Part shown: positions 9,314 through 19,705 of the stretch, piece after piece
Layout of the letters: each line of letters starts with the position of its first letter
Position numbering within the stretch: position 1 is the stretch's first letter
Assembly (NCBI GenBank): GCA_026391555.1
Contig: JAPLEB010000093.1
Location: forward strand, 16,821 to 80,820
Direction: 5' to 3'
DNA: 64,000 nt
DNA from: Bacteroidia bacterium
GTDB taxonomy: Bacteria > Bacteroidota > Bacteroidia > Bacteroidales > VadinHA17
Notes under the pieces: model-generated
The model's database searches: none
What the model was told of the DNA's origin: nothing
The model's input: only the letters and a program-made list of their open reading frames with translations
Program-made: the position numbers and the translations under genes

Positions 9314-12300
9314 TTGATGCGTTTAGGGAAAGATAAACAGGCTATTTTATTAGCAGTTTTTCTGCTTTTATCAGCATCAGCCGGCGGACAGGCAGGAAAA
9401 AGTTTCAAATACCAGTTTGATGGTAATTTGCAGAAGAGTGATGCCATTACCGAAAATCAATCTCTAATCATAAATTATTCAATATCAGAACTTAACGTTG
9501 AATGTGTTACAAATGATAATGGTTCTTTTTACCGAGTCTCAATCGCGGGCCACACTCCTACCGCCACTCCGGGTAAACCTGAGCTTCCGGTATTTAGCCG
9601 TTTGATCTCAATTCCTGATGGATCTGAATATAATGTGAAGATTTCTGAAGTCCGATCATCCAAAATCAATCCTTCGGGGGAAAAACTTGAAGGTGTTCTT
9701 TTCCCGGTACAGGAGGGTGAAACAAAGGAAGTTCAGCAAAGAAAACCTGATTTTAAAATTGACAAAACGGTGTACGCGGCAAGGGGATTAATCTCCTCTG
9801 ACACAGTAAGAATTGAATCGTTAGGTATAGTAAGAAATAATAAACTGGCTAACCTGTATGTTTTCCCGGTAAGATATAATCCACATTCGAACGTGCTCGA
9901 GGTTATTACTTCCATGAAGATTGAGATAACTTTTTCATATCCCGACAATATTGTGTCAAAATCTCTATTACCTGAATCGGCACTTTTTAATGAATCACTT
10001 GGTAAAGGAGTACTTAACTACAATCCCCGGGATGTAATTCCTGGTTACTCCGACCAGCCCGTGAAGATGGTAATCATCACCGACTCTGCTTTCAGAAAGC
10101 AGCTTGAGCCATTTTTAAAATGGAAAACCCAGAAAGGTTTTAAACTTAAGGTCCTGTACAAAGGAGCCGGTCTGGCAGGTAATACCTATACTCAATTAAA
10201 GGATACTCTGACAAATATTTACAAAGCCTCATCCGAAACCGACCCTCCGCCTGAATATCTGCTGATCATCGGAGACGTGAACAGAGTGCCTTATTTAAAT
10301 ACCGGATATCCTTACTATAATATCACCGACATGTATTACGGTGAATTTGATGGTAATGGCGATTATATTCCTGAAATGTATATCGGAAGGCTTCCCGTTG
10401 CCGACACAACTGAATTAAAATCTGTGGTTAATAAAATAATTCAGTACGAGAAGTTTCAATTTGCCGATACTAATAAATTCTATTCACGGGCATTAGCTGC
10501 TGCAGGTAAAGATGCCTATTATGCAAATTACATGAACGGACAGGTGAAATATGCAATATCAAACTATCTGACAAAAATCAATAAAATAAATGAATATCAC
10601 TTTTATAATCAATCAGCCAGCAATGACTCAATAAAAAAGCTGATTAATTTTGGAGTTTCATTCATAAATTACACGGGCCATGGCAGTTCTGACGGCTGGT
10701 TATACTCTAAAGATCCACCTTACTCTTATTATTTAAAGACTTTGGATGTAGGAGGGCTGGTTAATAAAAATATGTATCCATTTGTAATCAGTAATGCCTG
10801 CCAAACGGCCATGTTTAATATTGCTTCTTCATTCGGAAATAAAATGGTTCTTTCCGGAGAAAAGGGGGCAATTGGGTTTATTGGATGCTCAGCCAACTCT
10901 TACTGGGATGAGGATTATTACTGGGCCGTAGGACCCCGATCACCTTCTGCAGATTCCACCTATCAGGGAACAGGGCTCGGGGCTTATGACCGGCTATTTC
11001 ATACACACGGGGAACCTGCTTCAGACTGGTATTTCACCATGGGACAGGTTAATTATGCAGGTAATCTTGCTGTGAGCGCAAGTACATCCTCATGGAAGAA
11101 GTATTATTGGGAGACCTATAACCTTATGGGAGATCCAAGTGTTATTCCCATCCTGGGGAAACCTGATACTTTCAACATCTCATTACCTGATACACTTCCA
11201 AATGGTATTAAATCTCTTTCGCTGAATATTGAACCGTTTGCATATTTGTCTGTATCGCATTTTGATACTCTATGGGATGCTTCATTTGCAAGTCCTTCAG
11301 GATCAGTTACACTTGATATGCCCGGGTTATCTTATGATTCATGCATGATTGTAATTACAGGCCAGAACAAATTACCTCTGATTAAGACAATATATTTTTC
11401 CGATGTCAATAAGGAATTCATTAATCTGACCTCCACCGGCATAAATGATAGTCAGGGAGATGGCAATGGCCAGGCTGACTTTGGAGAAACATTTTACCTG
11501 AACCTTAAAGTCAGTAATCTTGGTTTAACAGATGCCAGCGGCCTTTATGCAAAAATATCGTCATCCTCCGACTGGATAACAATTAACAACGATTCAGTAT
11601 TAATTGGAAATCTTCCGGCCAAATCAGATACTGTTCTTTCAAATAACCTGGGTATTGCTATTTCCGATAATGTCCCTGATAAAGGATTAGTTACGATTAA
11701 GCTGATGCTGAAAGATCAGAAATCAGAGAAACATTATACTATTGATATTTGTATTCATGCATCCGAACTCCAGATACTGAATTGCATAATAGATGATAAG
11801 ACATTAGGAAATGGCGACCAGATTGCCGATCCGGGAGAAATTTTTAACCTTGTTTTTAAGGTTCGGAACCAGGGAAGCAGTGATATATCAGGACAATTTA
11901 CTATTGTCAGTCCCAATGAAAAAATCGAAATCTTAGACCTATATGGCAAATCAGGAATAATGAAATTTGGGGAGATTACTGATATTCCGATAAAAGTAAA
12001 ATTACCAGAGACAATCTCATCCGGTAGTTTCATTTTAGTTTCGGCAACACTCAATTGCAGTCCGTTCCTGATAAATAAGGACTTCTCTTTCAGGGTTGGC
12101 AGGATTAGAGAGAGTTTTGAATCATTATCATTTAATGTCTTCCCATGGATCAATAACAGTAAAATACCATGGTCAATAGCCGGAACTAGTTCATATGACG
12201 GTAGTATTTCAGCCAGGTCGGGCGCTATCAATGATAATGGATCCACTTCATTAATAATAAGGACCATTTATGCAACCGCCGATTCTGTTAAATTCTTTTA

Positions 12301-13114
12301 CAAAGTTTCATCTGAAACTAACTATGATTTCCTTTCTTTCAGGCTTAATGGCACCGAGGTTTTCAAAAAATCGGGAGAAACAGGATGGACAAAGAAAGCA
12401 ATTCCTGTAACAGCCGGGCTAAATAAAATGGAATGGATTTACTATAAAGACGGCACCAAACTTGAGGGTTCAGATTGTGCATGGATCGACATGATTGATT
12501 TTGCAGGATCAGGTACTGTCAAATACATTCAAAAAGACATCCAGGTTGCAAGAATAGTAACACCGGTTCAAAAGGACCAAAATGGACAAGGAACTGTAAC
12601 GGTAAAAGTTATGAACATTGGTAAGGACACTCTAAATGGCTTCAATCTGGCCTACGAGGTCAATGATCATTTACCCCCAGTAACACAATATTTCGAAAAC
12701 CCGGTTATTCCTTACGGTGATTCGTGTACAGTTTCATTCAAGACAAAAACTGATATGTCGAAATCAGGCATTTATAAAATCACTGCTTACGTTGTTGACA
12801 ATAACGATGATTACATTTTTAATGACACATTACGAGTCAGTTTTGAGAACAAAAAAATCGATGAGATATTTGTATTTCCGAATCCATTTACAGATCAGTT
12901 TACAATACTTATCAATTCCCAGGCTGCTGATAAACTTCAGATATCCATTACCAATATTTCAGGAGTTAAATTGTATAACGTTGAAAAAGAGATCATCAGC
13001 GGAAAGAATGCAATAATTATTTCTGATGTCAGATTATTACCTTCCCTTTATTATCTAAATATCCGCGGAGCTACAGTCAATAAAACCATATTCGTTCTAA
13101 AAATAAATAAGTAG
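9314..13114 (+). CDS. C25 (gingipain-family) cysteine peptidase with propeptide, Ig-like/adhesin-like domains and T9SS C-terminal domain
   Basis: PGKPELPV propeptide, YLLIIGD, IGRLP, catalytic YTGHG and SNAC, YNLMGDP; CTD VFPNPF...YYLNI...VLK. Confidence 0.88.
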   Translation: MMRLGKDKQAILLAVFLLLSASAGGQAGKSFKYQFDGNLQKSDAITENQSLIINYSISELNVECVTNDNGSFYRVSIAGHTPTATPGKPELPVFSRLISIPDGSEYNVKISEVRSSKINPSGEKLEGVLFPVQEGETKEVQQRKPDFKIDKTVYAARGLISSDTVRIESLGIVRNNKLANLYVFPVRYNPHSNVLEVITSMKIEITFSYPDNIVSKSLLPESALFNESLGKGVLNYNPRDVIPGYSDQPVKMVIITDSAFRKQLEPFLKWKTQKGFKLKVLYKGAGLAGNTYTQLKDTLTNIYKASSETDPPPEYLLIIGDVNRVPYLNTGYPYYNITDMYYGEFDGNGDYIPEMYIGRLPVADTTELKSVVNKIIQYEKFQFADTNKFYSRALAAAGKDAYYANYMNGQVKYAISNYLTKINKINEYHFYNQSASNDSIKKLINFGVSFINYTGHGSSDGWLYSKDPPYSYYLKTLDVGGLVNKNMYPFVISNACQTAMFNIASSFGNKMVLSGEKGAIGFIGCSANSYWDEDYYWAVGPRSPSADSTYQGTGLGAYDRLFHTHGEPASDWYFTMGQVNYAGNLAVSASTSSWKKYYWETYNLMGDPSVIPILGKPDTFNISLPDTLPNGIKSLSLNIEPFAYLSVSHFDTLWDASFASPSGSVTLDMPGLSYDSCMIVITGQNKLPLIKTIYFSDVNKEFINLTSTGINDSQGDGNGQADFGETFYLNLKVSNLGLTDASGLYAKISSSSDWITINNDSVLIGNLPAKSDTVLSNNLGIAISDNVPDKGLVTIKLMLKDQKSEKHYTIDICIHASELQILNCIIDDKTLGNGDQIADPGEIFNLVFKVRNQGSSDISGQFTIVSPNEKIEILDLYGKSGIMKFGEITDIPIKVKLPETISSGSFILVSATLNCSPFLINKDFSFRVGRIRESFESLSFNVFPWINNSKIPWSIAGTSSYDGSISARSGAINDNGSTSLIIRTIYATADSVKFFYKVSSETNYDFLSFRLNGTEVFKKSGETGWTKKAIPVTAGLNKMEWIYYKDGTKLEGSDCAWIDMIDFAGSGTVKYIQKDIQVARIVTPVQKDQNGQGTVTVKVMNIGKDTLNGFNLAYEVNDHLPPVTQYFENPVIPYGDSCTVSFKTKTDMSKSGIYKITAYVVDNNDDYIFNDTLRVSFENKKIDEIFVFPNPFTDQFTILINSQAADKLQISITNISGVKLYNVEKEIISGKNAIIISDVRLLPSLYYLNIRGATVNKTIFVLKINK

Positions 13115-13168
13115 TGCATTTCTGACACTATATTAATATGTCAACCAGCCCATGATATGGCTTTGAAC

Positions 13169-13201
13169 AAAAAAAAGGCTGACGGAAGAACCGTCAGCCT
13201 T
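13169..13201 (-). terminator. Intrinsic terminator between convergent genes
   Basis: Perfect 11-bp stem AAGGCTGACGG/CCGTCAGCCTT, 5-nt loop; A-run on the left reads as a U-tail on the minus strand. Confidence 0.85.
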
Positions 13202-13267
13202 AAATTAACTATACGAAAATTTTTATTAAATTTCTTTAATATTAATATTTCTTAACCAAACATCTGA

Positions 13268-14755
13268 TTACACCGGCATATCTGGTAATGTATAACCTTT
13301 GCTGTAATTATGTTTAACCATCTCAGCAGCAAACTGTTTTGCGTTCATCGGATCAGTCCATTTTTTGTTAAATTTTGGATCGCCATCTGTGATGGTGAAA
13401 TTATCTGAAATACAAATTTTCAAACTTTCAGTATCGCTGATATTAGTGAATTCCATCTTTTCACCATTCCATTCAAGTTCTTTGTTAAGACCCTGGAGTC
13501 GTACAGCAAGAACACCCATAACAACCATTTCGTTAAATGGACCTGCTTGTGAAAAATCAGATTTAGAAAGAACTCTGCTTTCCGGGCTCTCTTTACAAGC
13601 TCTTACCCAGTCCATCTCGTGTTTTCCATCTTCAACCCTGCGTTCTGTTTTAGGAACATTTGGAACACGACCAGACAACAGCCATGGGTCGACGCCATAA
13701 CAACCGCAAATAAGGGTATCTTTTGAACCATGGAAGATAACACCGCCACCACGATTATTCATATTTTTTCCTTCCGGCCAGCCTTTTGGTTTTGGAGGTT
13801 GCAGACCACCATCATACCAGGTAACTACAACCTCAGGGTATTTAATTTTTGAGCCTTTTGGTGCAATTCTTTCGGGATATGTTAATGTAACCATCTGTGC
13901 ATTAGGTGCGCAGTCAGATAAAAGAAGTGTTGAACTGCCCTGAGCTTTGATCGGGTATTGCAATTTCAGACCTTTGAATACCGGGTGAAGAATATGGCAA
14001 GCCATGTCGCCAAGTGCTCCTGTTCCGAAATCCCACCAGCCTCTCCAGTTCCATGGAGTGTATATGCTATTATATGGACGCATCCGGGCCGGGCCTATAA
14101 AAAGATCCCAGTTAAGTGTTTCAGGAACCCATTCACCTTTTGGGACATTTAGTCCTTGTGGCCAGATAGGACGATCAGTAAATGCTTCAACTCTTCTAAT
14201 TTCACCAATCTCACCATTCTGTATCCATTCTGTTGTAAGATTAACTCCTTCTCCAGAAGAACCCTGGTTACCCATTTGAGTTGCAACCTTATATTTTGCA
14301 GCCAGTTTGGTTAATAACCTTGATTCATAGACCGAGTGTGTCAGAGGTTTTTGAACATAGGCATGTTTGCCCATGGTGATAGCATTTGATGCTGCGACGC
14401 AATGCGAATGGTCAGCAGTTGCAACAATAACTGCATCGATAGATTTACCCATTTCATCATACATCTTTCGCCAATCCCAATAAGCTTTTGCATCCGGGTT
14501 TGCAGTAAATACCTTTTTTGCATATCCCCAGTCAACATCGCACAGAGCGATAATATTTTCAGTTGGGGCAACAGCTTTTAAATTTGAATTACCCATACCA
14601 CCAATACCAATAACAGCGATATTCAGCTTGTCGCTGGGGGCCTTGTGGCCAAAGCCACTCATAACTGAGCCAGGAAGTATCGTCAGACCTGCTGCAACAG
14701 TACCGGTTCTTTCAATAAATGACCGTCGTGTAATGTTTTTCGAATTTTCTTTCAT
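13268..14755 (-). CDS. Tat-exported Gfo/Idh/MocA oxidoreductase, probable glycoside 3-dehydrogenase
   Basis: RRSFI Tat motif, IGIGGMG, QKPLTH, WRGWWDFGTGALGDMACH; resembles B. thetaiotaomicron BT2158 from memory; adjacent to DUF1080. Confidence 0.88.
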   Translation of the reverse strand: MKENSKNITRRSFIERTGTVAAGLTILPGSVMSGFGHKAPSDKLNIAVIGIGGMGNSNLKAVAPTENIIALCDVDWGYAKKVFTANPDAKAYWDWRKMYDEMGKSIDAVIVATADHSHCVAASNAITMGKHAYVQKPLTHSVYESRLLTKLAAKYKVATQMGNQGSSGEGVNLTTEWIQNGEIGEIRRVEAFTDRPIWPQGLNVPKGEWVPETLNWDLFIGPARMRPYNSIYTPWNWRGWWDFGTGALGDMACHILHPVFKGLKLQYPIKAQGSSTLLLSDCAPNAQMVTLTYPERIAPKGSKIKYPEVVVTWYDGGLQPPKPKGWPEGKNMNNRGGGVIFHGSKDTLICGCYGVDPWLLSGRVPNVPKTERRVEDGKHEMDWVRACKESPESRVLSKSDFSQAGPFNEMVVMGVLAVRLQGLNKELEWNGEKMEFTNISDTESLKICISDNFTITDGDPKFNKKWTDPMNAKQFAAEMVKHNYSKGYTLPDMPV

Positions 14756-14936
14756 TGTCAGATAGATTAAAATTTAATATTGATCGTTAAAAATAATAAT
14801 TATTATATTAAGTCAGCAATTTCAAGCGCCATATTTACTATAAGATTACAAAACAGTCAGAAGACCGAAGTCAGAAGTCAGGAGTTTCAAATACATTTAA
14901 TAATGATCAGTAATAAAAATAAGTAAATAAAAAAAA

Positions 14937-15728
14937 CTATAATTCTCTGATCCAGATATTTCTATAGGCAACCGGATTCCCATGATCCTGAAGGACGAGA
15001 CTTGCCGGCCCATGTTTTTTAATGAAATATTCAGGAATTCCGATATATTCAGTTGGCCCTCTCAAACTTACATTATTCTGAATCAATACTCCATTATGAA
15101 GAACAGTAACCCTTGGAGGTGTGAAATATGTAGTAGTATCGTTATTAAAAGTCGGAGCTGTGTAAATAATATCATAAGCCTGCCATTCGCCAGGTTTCCG
15201 GGAAACGTTTACCAGAGGAGCATATTGCTTATACAGGCTGCCTGCCTGACCATGACGATAGGTGCGGTTATTGTAACTATCAAGTACCTGGACTTCATAA
15301 AGTTCCTGTAAAAACACACCACTGTTTCCCCTGCGCTGGCTTTCACCGGTAACTTCAGATGGTGTCCTCCATTCAATATGTAACTGAAAATTCGAAAATT
15401 TACGTTTTGTTTTTATCACACCTGATCCCTTTACACAAATAAGTGCACCATCCTGAACGATCCACTTTGAAGGATTTTCCCGGCTATCTTCCCATTCCGA
15501 GTCGATATCTATTCCATTAAATAAAACGATCGCATCGGAAGGAGCATCACTGTCTTTTGCACCAGGTTGTACGATTTTTACTTCAGGATCCCAAATCTCT
15601 GTCATCCCCGGGGTCATTTTGTTGGGATCAACAGGCTTCGTTGATGGAGGTTTAGTAGTTTGTTGTGCCTGTATTGAGCCATAAGCATAAGCGAACAACA
15701 TTAAACTGATAATTAATAGTTTTTTCAT
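14937..15728 (-). CDS. DUF1080 (3-keto-glycoside hydrolase/lyase family) protein
   Basis: Signal peptide; APSDAIVLFNG, QLHIEWR, GNSGVFLQ, YEVQVLDS, LQDHGNPVAYRNIWIREL. Confidence 0.9.
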   Translation of the reverse strand: MKKLLIISLMLFAYAYGSIQAQQTTKPPSTKPVDPNKMTPGMTEIWDPEVKIVQPGAKDSDAPSDAIVLFNGIDIDSEWEDSRENPSKWIVQDGALICVKGSGVIKTKRKFSNFQLHIEWRTPSEVTGESQRRGNSGVFLQELYEVQVLDSYNNRTYRHGQAGSLYKQYAPLVNVSRKPGEWQAYDIIYTAPTFNNDTTTYFTPPRVTVLHNGVLIQNNVSLRGPTEYIGIPEYFIKKHGPASLVLQDHGNPVAYRNIWIREL

Positions 15729-15955
15729 AATTTTTTTAATTAATAGAGTTTTATTTTTTTTATATATGTCGTAATCAAATAATTAAGCCTACTAAACAGG
15801 AGAAGTTTGTAATGACAGTATTTAATGTAGACCATCTTAAGCTAATAAGCTCATAAAAATATATATTTTCCCTATTGCCTGGTACATTATTCAGAAATAA
15901 TCCTGACTATTGCCAGTATTCAGAAAAAAAGATAAATTGCCGGAAATAATTATTA

Positions 15956-16429
15956 ATGGAAATAAAATATTTTTCTCTTGGTATAAGTGAAAACAACAAA
16001 TTTGTAAAAATATTCAAGATAGTATTCGGTGTTGTGTGCTTTGCAGTTGCAATCTTTTGGATGATTTTCAATATCAAATCATTAAAGCCTGATGGAACAG
16101 CCTGGATAACAATTATATTCCTTTCAGGGTTTGGATTTTACCAGATATTATCAGGGTTAGGCCGTGCTACCAGGTTTATCGAAATAGGCAACGATTGTAT
16201 TCGCCTTAAGAAGAATCCTGTTCTTCCACCTGTTGTAATGAGTGAAAAAGATATAGAGAAAATAGAACTGTATCCCATGAATCTCATTTTCTTCCTGAAA
16301 ACAAAAAAAAGAATTCTTCTGCGGTTTGGATCTACGTTTTACGAAACGAATGAACTGATAAAAGATGAGATTCTTGGGTTTGCCGAATCGAATAAAATCC
16401 CACTCGAAATAATACAGGAAGAGTTATAA
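15956..16429 (+). CDS. Hypothetical membrane protein (2 TM plus small soluble domain)
   Basis: 157-aa ORF with two hydrophobic segments, fills the gap between neighbouring genes. Confidence 0.65.
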   Translation: MEIKYFSLGISENNKFVKIFKIVFGVVCFAVAIFWMIFNIKSLKPDGTAWITIIFLSGFGFYQILSGLGRATRFIEIGNDCIRLKKNPVLPPVVMSEKDIEKIELYPMNLIFFLKTKKRILLRFGSTFYETNELIKDEILGFAESNKIPLEIIQEEL

Positions 16430-16446
16430 GAAGCAAAATCAGTTTA

Positions 16447-19400
16447 TTATTTCAAAACAACATCTGCGAAATCCATAAACCAGTTCCAGTCTTTCAATAG
16501 CATATTATGAACTCCGTCTCGTATATGATAAGCTACTTTGCCACTCATTACCTGTTTATTAAGAGGCGGTATAGCTTCCGGAATATCAGAGGCTGTTCCT
16601 AATAACTTAAAAACAGGTATCGCATTATAAAGCGACAGATATGATCCACGCGGATCACCCCAGAGGTCGTCGCTTGCACAATCAACATAAAGAGCCCTTG
16701 GTGCAATCAGGGCTAAAAGCATATGCATATCGACAGGAAGAGCATCTTCATTATTATTGTACTTTTTATAGTTAGAACAGAACCAGTGTGGAAATGATGT
16801 GTTGATCCTTCCAACCGTTTCTCCAAAGCGGCGCCTGGCTAAAGCAGCTCCTCCGCAACCTGATTCATTTGATACCACCATTGCAAAACGGGAATCCTCA
16901 GCCCCTGCCCATAACGCGGTTTTACCACCGCGTGAATGACCAACCACAGCGACCTTATCACCGGCAATATCTTTATCAGTTACAAGATAATCCATACAAC
17001 GGCTTGCACCCCAGGCCCATGCAGCAATGGTTCCCCATGCATCATCAGGGCGCGAATCTTTGTCAAGAAGTGAGTGTATCCCATTCTTAAAATCATCAAA
17101 ATTATCAGGATCTACATCTGCATTGCAAAAAACTGCCATCCCGTATCCTCTTGCAATGGCCTCTTCTACTGGCCAGAACTCATTTTTTACCTTCCTGTAT
17201 GGATCTATATTCGCCGGCCCACGGTTATCGATCAAAAGAAATACAGGAACAGGTTTCTTTGCATTATTTGGTGTAAAAAGTGTGAGATGGATATCCAGAG
17301 TTTTACTAATTGATGCGATTGTGATATCGACCAGCTTAAGTGTCGCAGCTCCATCCAATGCATTATTGTCCAGATTTACTACCTTAAAACTTTTCTGATA
17401 AGGAGTTTCAGGTATCCTTCCATAAACATTTTCCCGGAAAAGTTCCAGTATCTCATTCCTGCGAACATCCGTCCACATCCGGGGTGTTGTGACTTTTTTT
17501 CCATCGGCAGTTGTCAGCGCATCCGGTAATGAATATGCAGGCACTTTTTCTTCATAATAGTTAAACTCCGGTCTGTTTTTAGAGAGCTTTTCGACAGTTT
17601 GTACTGATGCACGCCAACCGTTGTCCGATTTTATTTTTGTAAAAGTAACTGTCTGTTCACCTTTAAGCGAAGGATCGAGAAACTCCAGAACTACCCGCGT
17701 TACCCCTTTTTGCCAATAACGTTTTAAAGAAGCATCAAAAACTTCGATCTGCTCAATTTTTGGCTTCACCACTTTTTGATTATAGGCCATATTCAGACTG
17801 AACCCATCACCATCAAATCTTAGTAAGCCTGGAGAAACCACTGTTACCTTGCAATAAGTGATCAGGTTAGATGATGTGGGAGCCTCTCCCCTGCCGGATA
17901 ACTGAAACTTGTCGTTAATAACAAAATTCTTCCCCCGGTTAAGGGTATAACTGCGAACCCAGCTTTTTACCAAAGCATCTTTGGTATAAGCACCGGCAAT
18001 ATCTGTTGAAAACGTGGCAGACTTCTCATTTGCAGTGAATGATGAATTCTTTGCTTTGAAACCGGCACCCTCCTTCTGATCATTTCCATTGATTACAGGA
18101 AGGTTATGATATCCCGACTGCATTGTCCATATCTCATAACGTTTGGAACTGAAAGTTTTAGCAGTATAACCTTCACGGCCCAAATCAATAAGACAAGGCT
18201 TTCCATCGTAGTACATCACACAAGAACCTATGTCGTTGTGATTGTGACTTTCAGCATTAAACCCACCTTTGGCACCAAAGAAGAAACCTGCAAAACTTCC
18301 TTCCTTATCGCGGGCTCCGGCAACCTCGGTATCAGGAAGCCAGAAATCGGCCATAAGCGCCTCTTTGGCATCAGCTTTTATGATTTCAGGCAACAGAACC
18401 AGGTTTTTGATCTGTTCACATATCTTGCCTGAGAAGGCATTTTCGCCCCATTTATTCAGATTTGCCAGGTATGCGCCAAACTGTTGCATCTGAAGATCAT
18501 TAATTGCTTTCCCATAAAGATAAACTGATGCCGGACTTCCCCCTATTGTTGCGTCAGCATCGGCAAAATTTATAAAATATGGAGCGTGAATATTGACTTT
18601 ATAGAAATATTTCCCGATATTCTGAACCAGAGGATTATCGTACACATCAAATTTTCCATTAGTTGCACTTTTAAGGACAGCAAGACTCTCGTACAACAAT
18701 GCCCCGGCGACTCCCCAATAGGATGGACCTTCATCGCAACCGCCATCATCTGAATAACCATTCAGAAATTTGTCAAGAGAGTTGATAGTCTTCTGAACTT
18801 CAGCCTGCTTTTTAACAGGATCATCCCCGAGCAGGAGAAAACAGTTCAGCATGTTATAATTGACCCATGGATTCCAGTTATTCGGACGTCCGCCTATAAA
18901 ACCCATATAACCAAAATCAGACCGTTCAAAATAGGGCTTAACAGCTTTATTAATGATCTCCTGCTTCAGTCGTTGAGATATTAAAGGATGTACCTTATCA
19001 AACTCATCTTTAAACAGATACCATGTCCAGGAAAGATCACTTGCTATTTCACCTACACCAAGATCAACAGTTGGTTCATTCACATCTGGTAATCCACGGG
19101 GAGCTTTCTGGAAATGGAGATGAGCTGACCATCCCCACCATGTCTGTTCGCTGTAATACCACACTGCATTTATGATCTGATCGATAAAACGACCTTTGCC
19201 CTCAATAAGCTCTCCGGTAACAAGTGAATTGAGAGCTCTGCCGGGTGCGGCATAAGCGCCCTGGCGGCGATCGCCTGATCGTATAAACTCAAGATAATCA
19301 GTCGCCCTGACAACCGGCCAGTTATAATCGAGATAACCCTCAGCTCTTGAAATATACTCTTTCCTGAGATTTGAAGGGACGCTCTCCCAGAACTGACGGT

Positions 19401-19614
19401 TTTTATAATCAGGCAACTTATTCCATGAGTTATCGGTAATAAGAGATTTTGCAAGGTCGATCTCCCTTGCTTTATTGGCCAGGATATTCCTCTCTTTTGT
19501 CTGGACAGATGCTGTTAAAGGGTAAATTGATGATAAGACAAGCATGGCGCAACAGCCCGAAAGAAAGAGCTTCAGATTATGGTTAAATTTTATCATCTCT
19601 GTTTTTATTATCAA
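16447..19614 (-). CDS. Fusion of a heparinase II/III-like lyase domain (N-term) and a CE15 glucuronoyl esterase-like domain (C-term)
   Basis: NNWNPWV, DGGCDEGPSYW, INFADA, HNHNDIGS (heparinase II/III-like); WGTIAAWAWG, GHSRGGKTALWAGA, ESGCGG, DLWGDPRG (CE15). Confidence 0.82.
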   Translation of the reverse strand: MIIKTEMIKFNHNLKLFLSGCCAMLVLSSIYPLTASVQTKERNILANKAREIDLAKSLITDNSWNKLPDYKNRQFWESVPSNLRKEYISRAEGYLDYNWPVVRATDYLEFIRSGDRRQGAYAAPGRALNSLVTGELIEGKGRFIDQIINAVWYYSEQTWWGWSAHLHFQKAPRGLPDVNEPTVDLGVGEIASDLSWTWYLFKDEFDKVHPLISQRLKQEIINKAVKPYFERSDFGYMGFIGGRPNNWNPWVNYNMLNCFLLLGDDPVKKQAEVQKTINSLDKFLNGYSDDGGCDEGPSYWGVAGALLYESLAVLKSATNGKFDVYDNPLVQNIGKYFYKVNIHAPYFINFADADATIGGSPASVYLYGKAINDLQMQQFGAYLANLNKWGENAFSGKICEQIKNLVLLPEIIKADAKEALMADFWLPDTEVAGARDKEGSFAGFFFGAKGGFNAESHNHNDIGSCVMYYDGKPCLIDLGREGYTAKTFSSKRYEIWTMQSGYHNLPVINGNDQKEGAGFKAKNSSFTANEKSATFSTDIAGAYTKDALVKSWVRSYTLNRGKNFVINDKFQLSGRGEAPTSSNLITYCKVTVVSPGLLRFDGDGFSLNMAYNQKVVKPKIEQIEVFDASLKRYWQKGVTRVVLEFLDPSLKGEQTVTFTKIKSDNGWRASVQTVEKLSKNRPEFNYYEEKVPAYSLPDALTTADGKKVTTPRMWTDVRRNEILELFRENVYGRIPETPYQKSFKVVNLDNNALDGAATLKLVDITIASISKTLDIHLTLFTPNNAKKPVPVFLLIDNRGPANIDPYRKVKNEFWPVEEAIARGYGMAVFCNADVDPDNFDDFKNGIHSLLDKDSRPDDAWGTIAAWAWGASRCMDYLVTDKDIAGDKVAVVGHSRGGKTALWAGAEDSRFAMVVSNESGCGGAALARRRFGETVGRINTSFPHWFCSNYKKYNNNEDALPVDMHMLLALIAPRALYVDCASDDLWGDPRGSYLSLYNAIPVFKLLGTASDIPEAIPPLNKQVMSGKVAYHIRDGVHNMLLKDWNWFMDFADVVLK

Positions 19615-19620
19615 AATATT

Positions 19621-19662
19621 AATAAAAAGCCATCATGCCGACCGTTATCAGTCATAATGGCT
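19621..19662 (-). terminator. Probable intrinsic terminator downstream of the sugar-phosphate isomerase gene
   Basis: Minus strand AGCCATTATGACTGA-loop-TCGGCATGATGGCT (G.U wobbles, one bulge) followed by TTTTTATT. Confidence 0.55.
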
Positions 19663-19705
19663 CATAAATAATGTTTACCATTTGAGATATTTACCAAAAA
19701 ATATT

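Noticed and set aside
11755-12267. 170-aa minus-strand ORF
   Set aside because: Antisense shadow within the C25 peptidase gene
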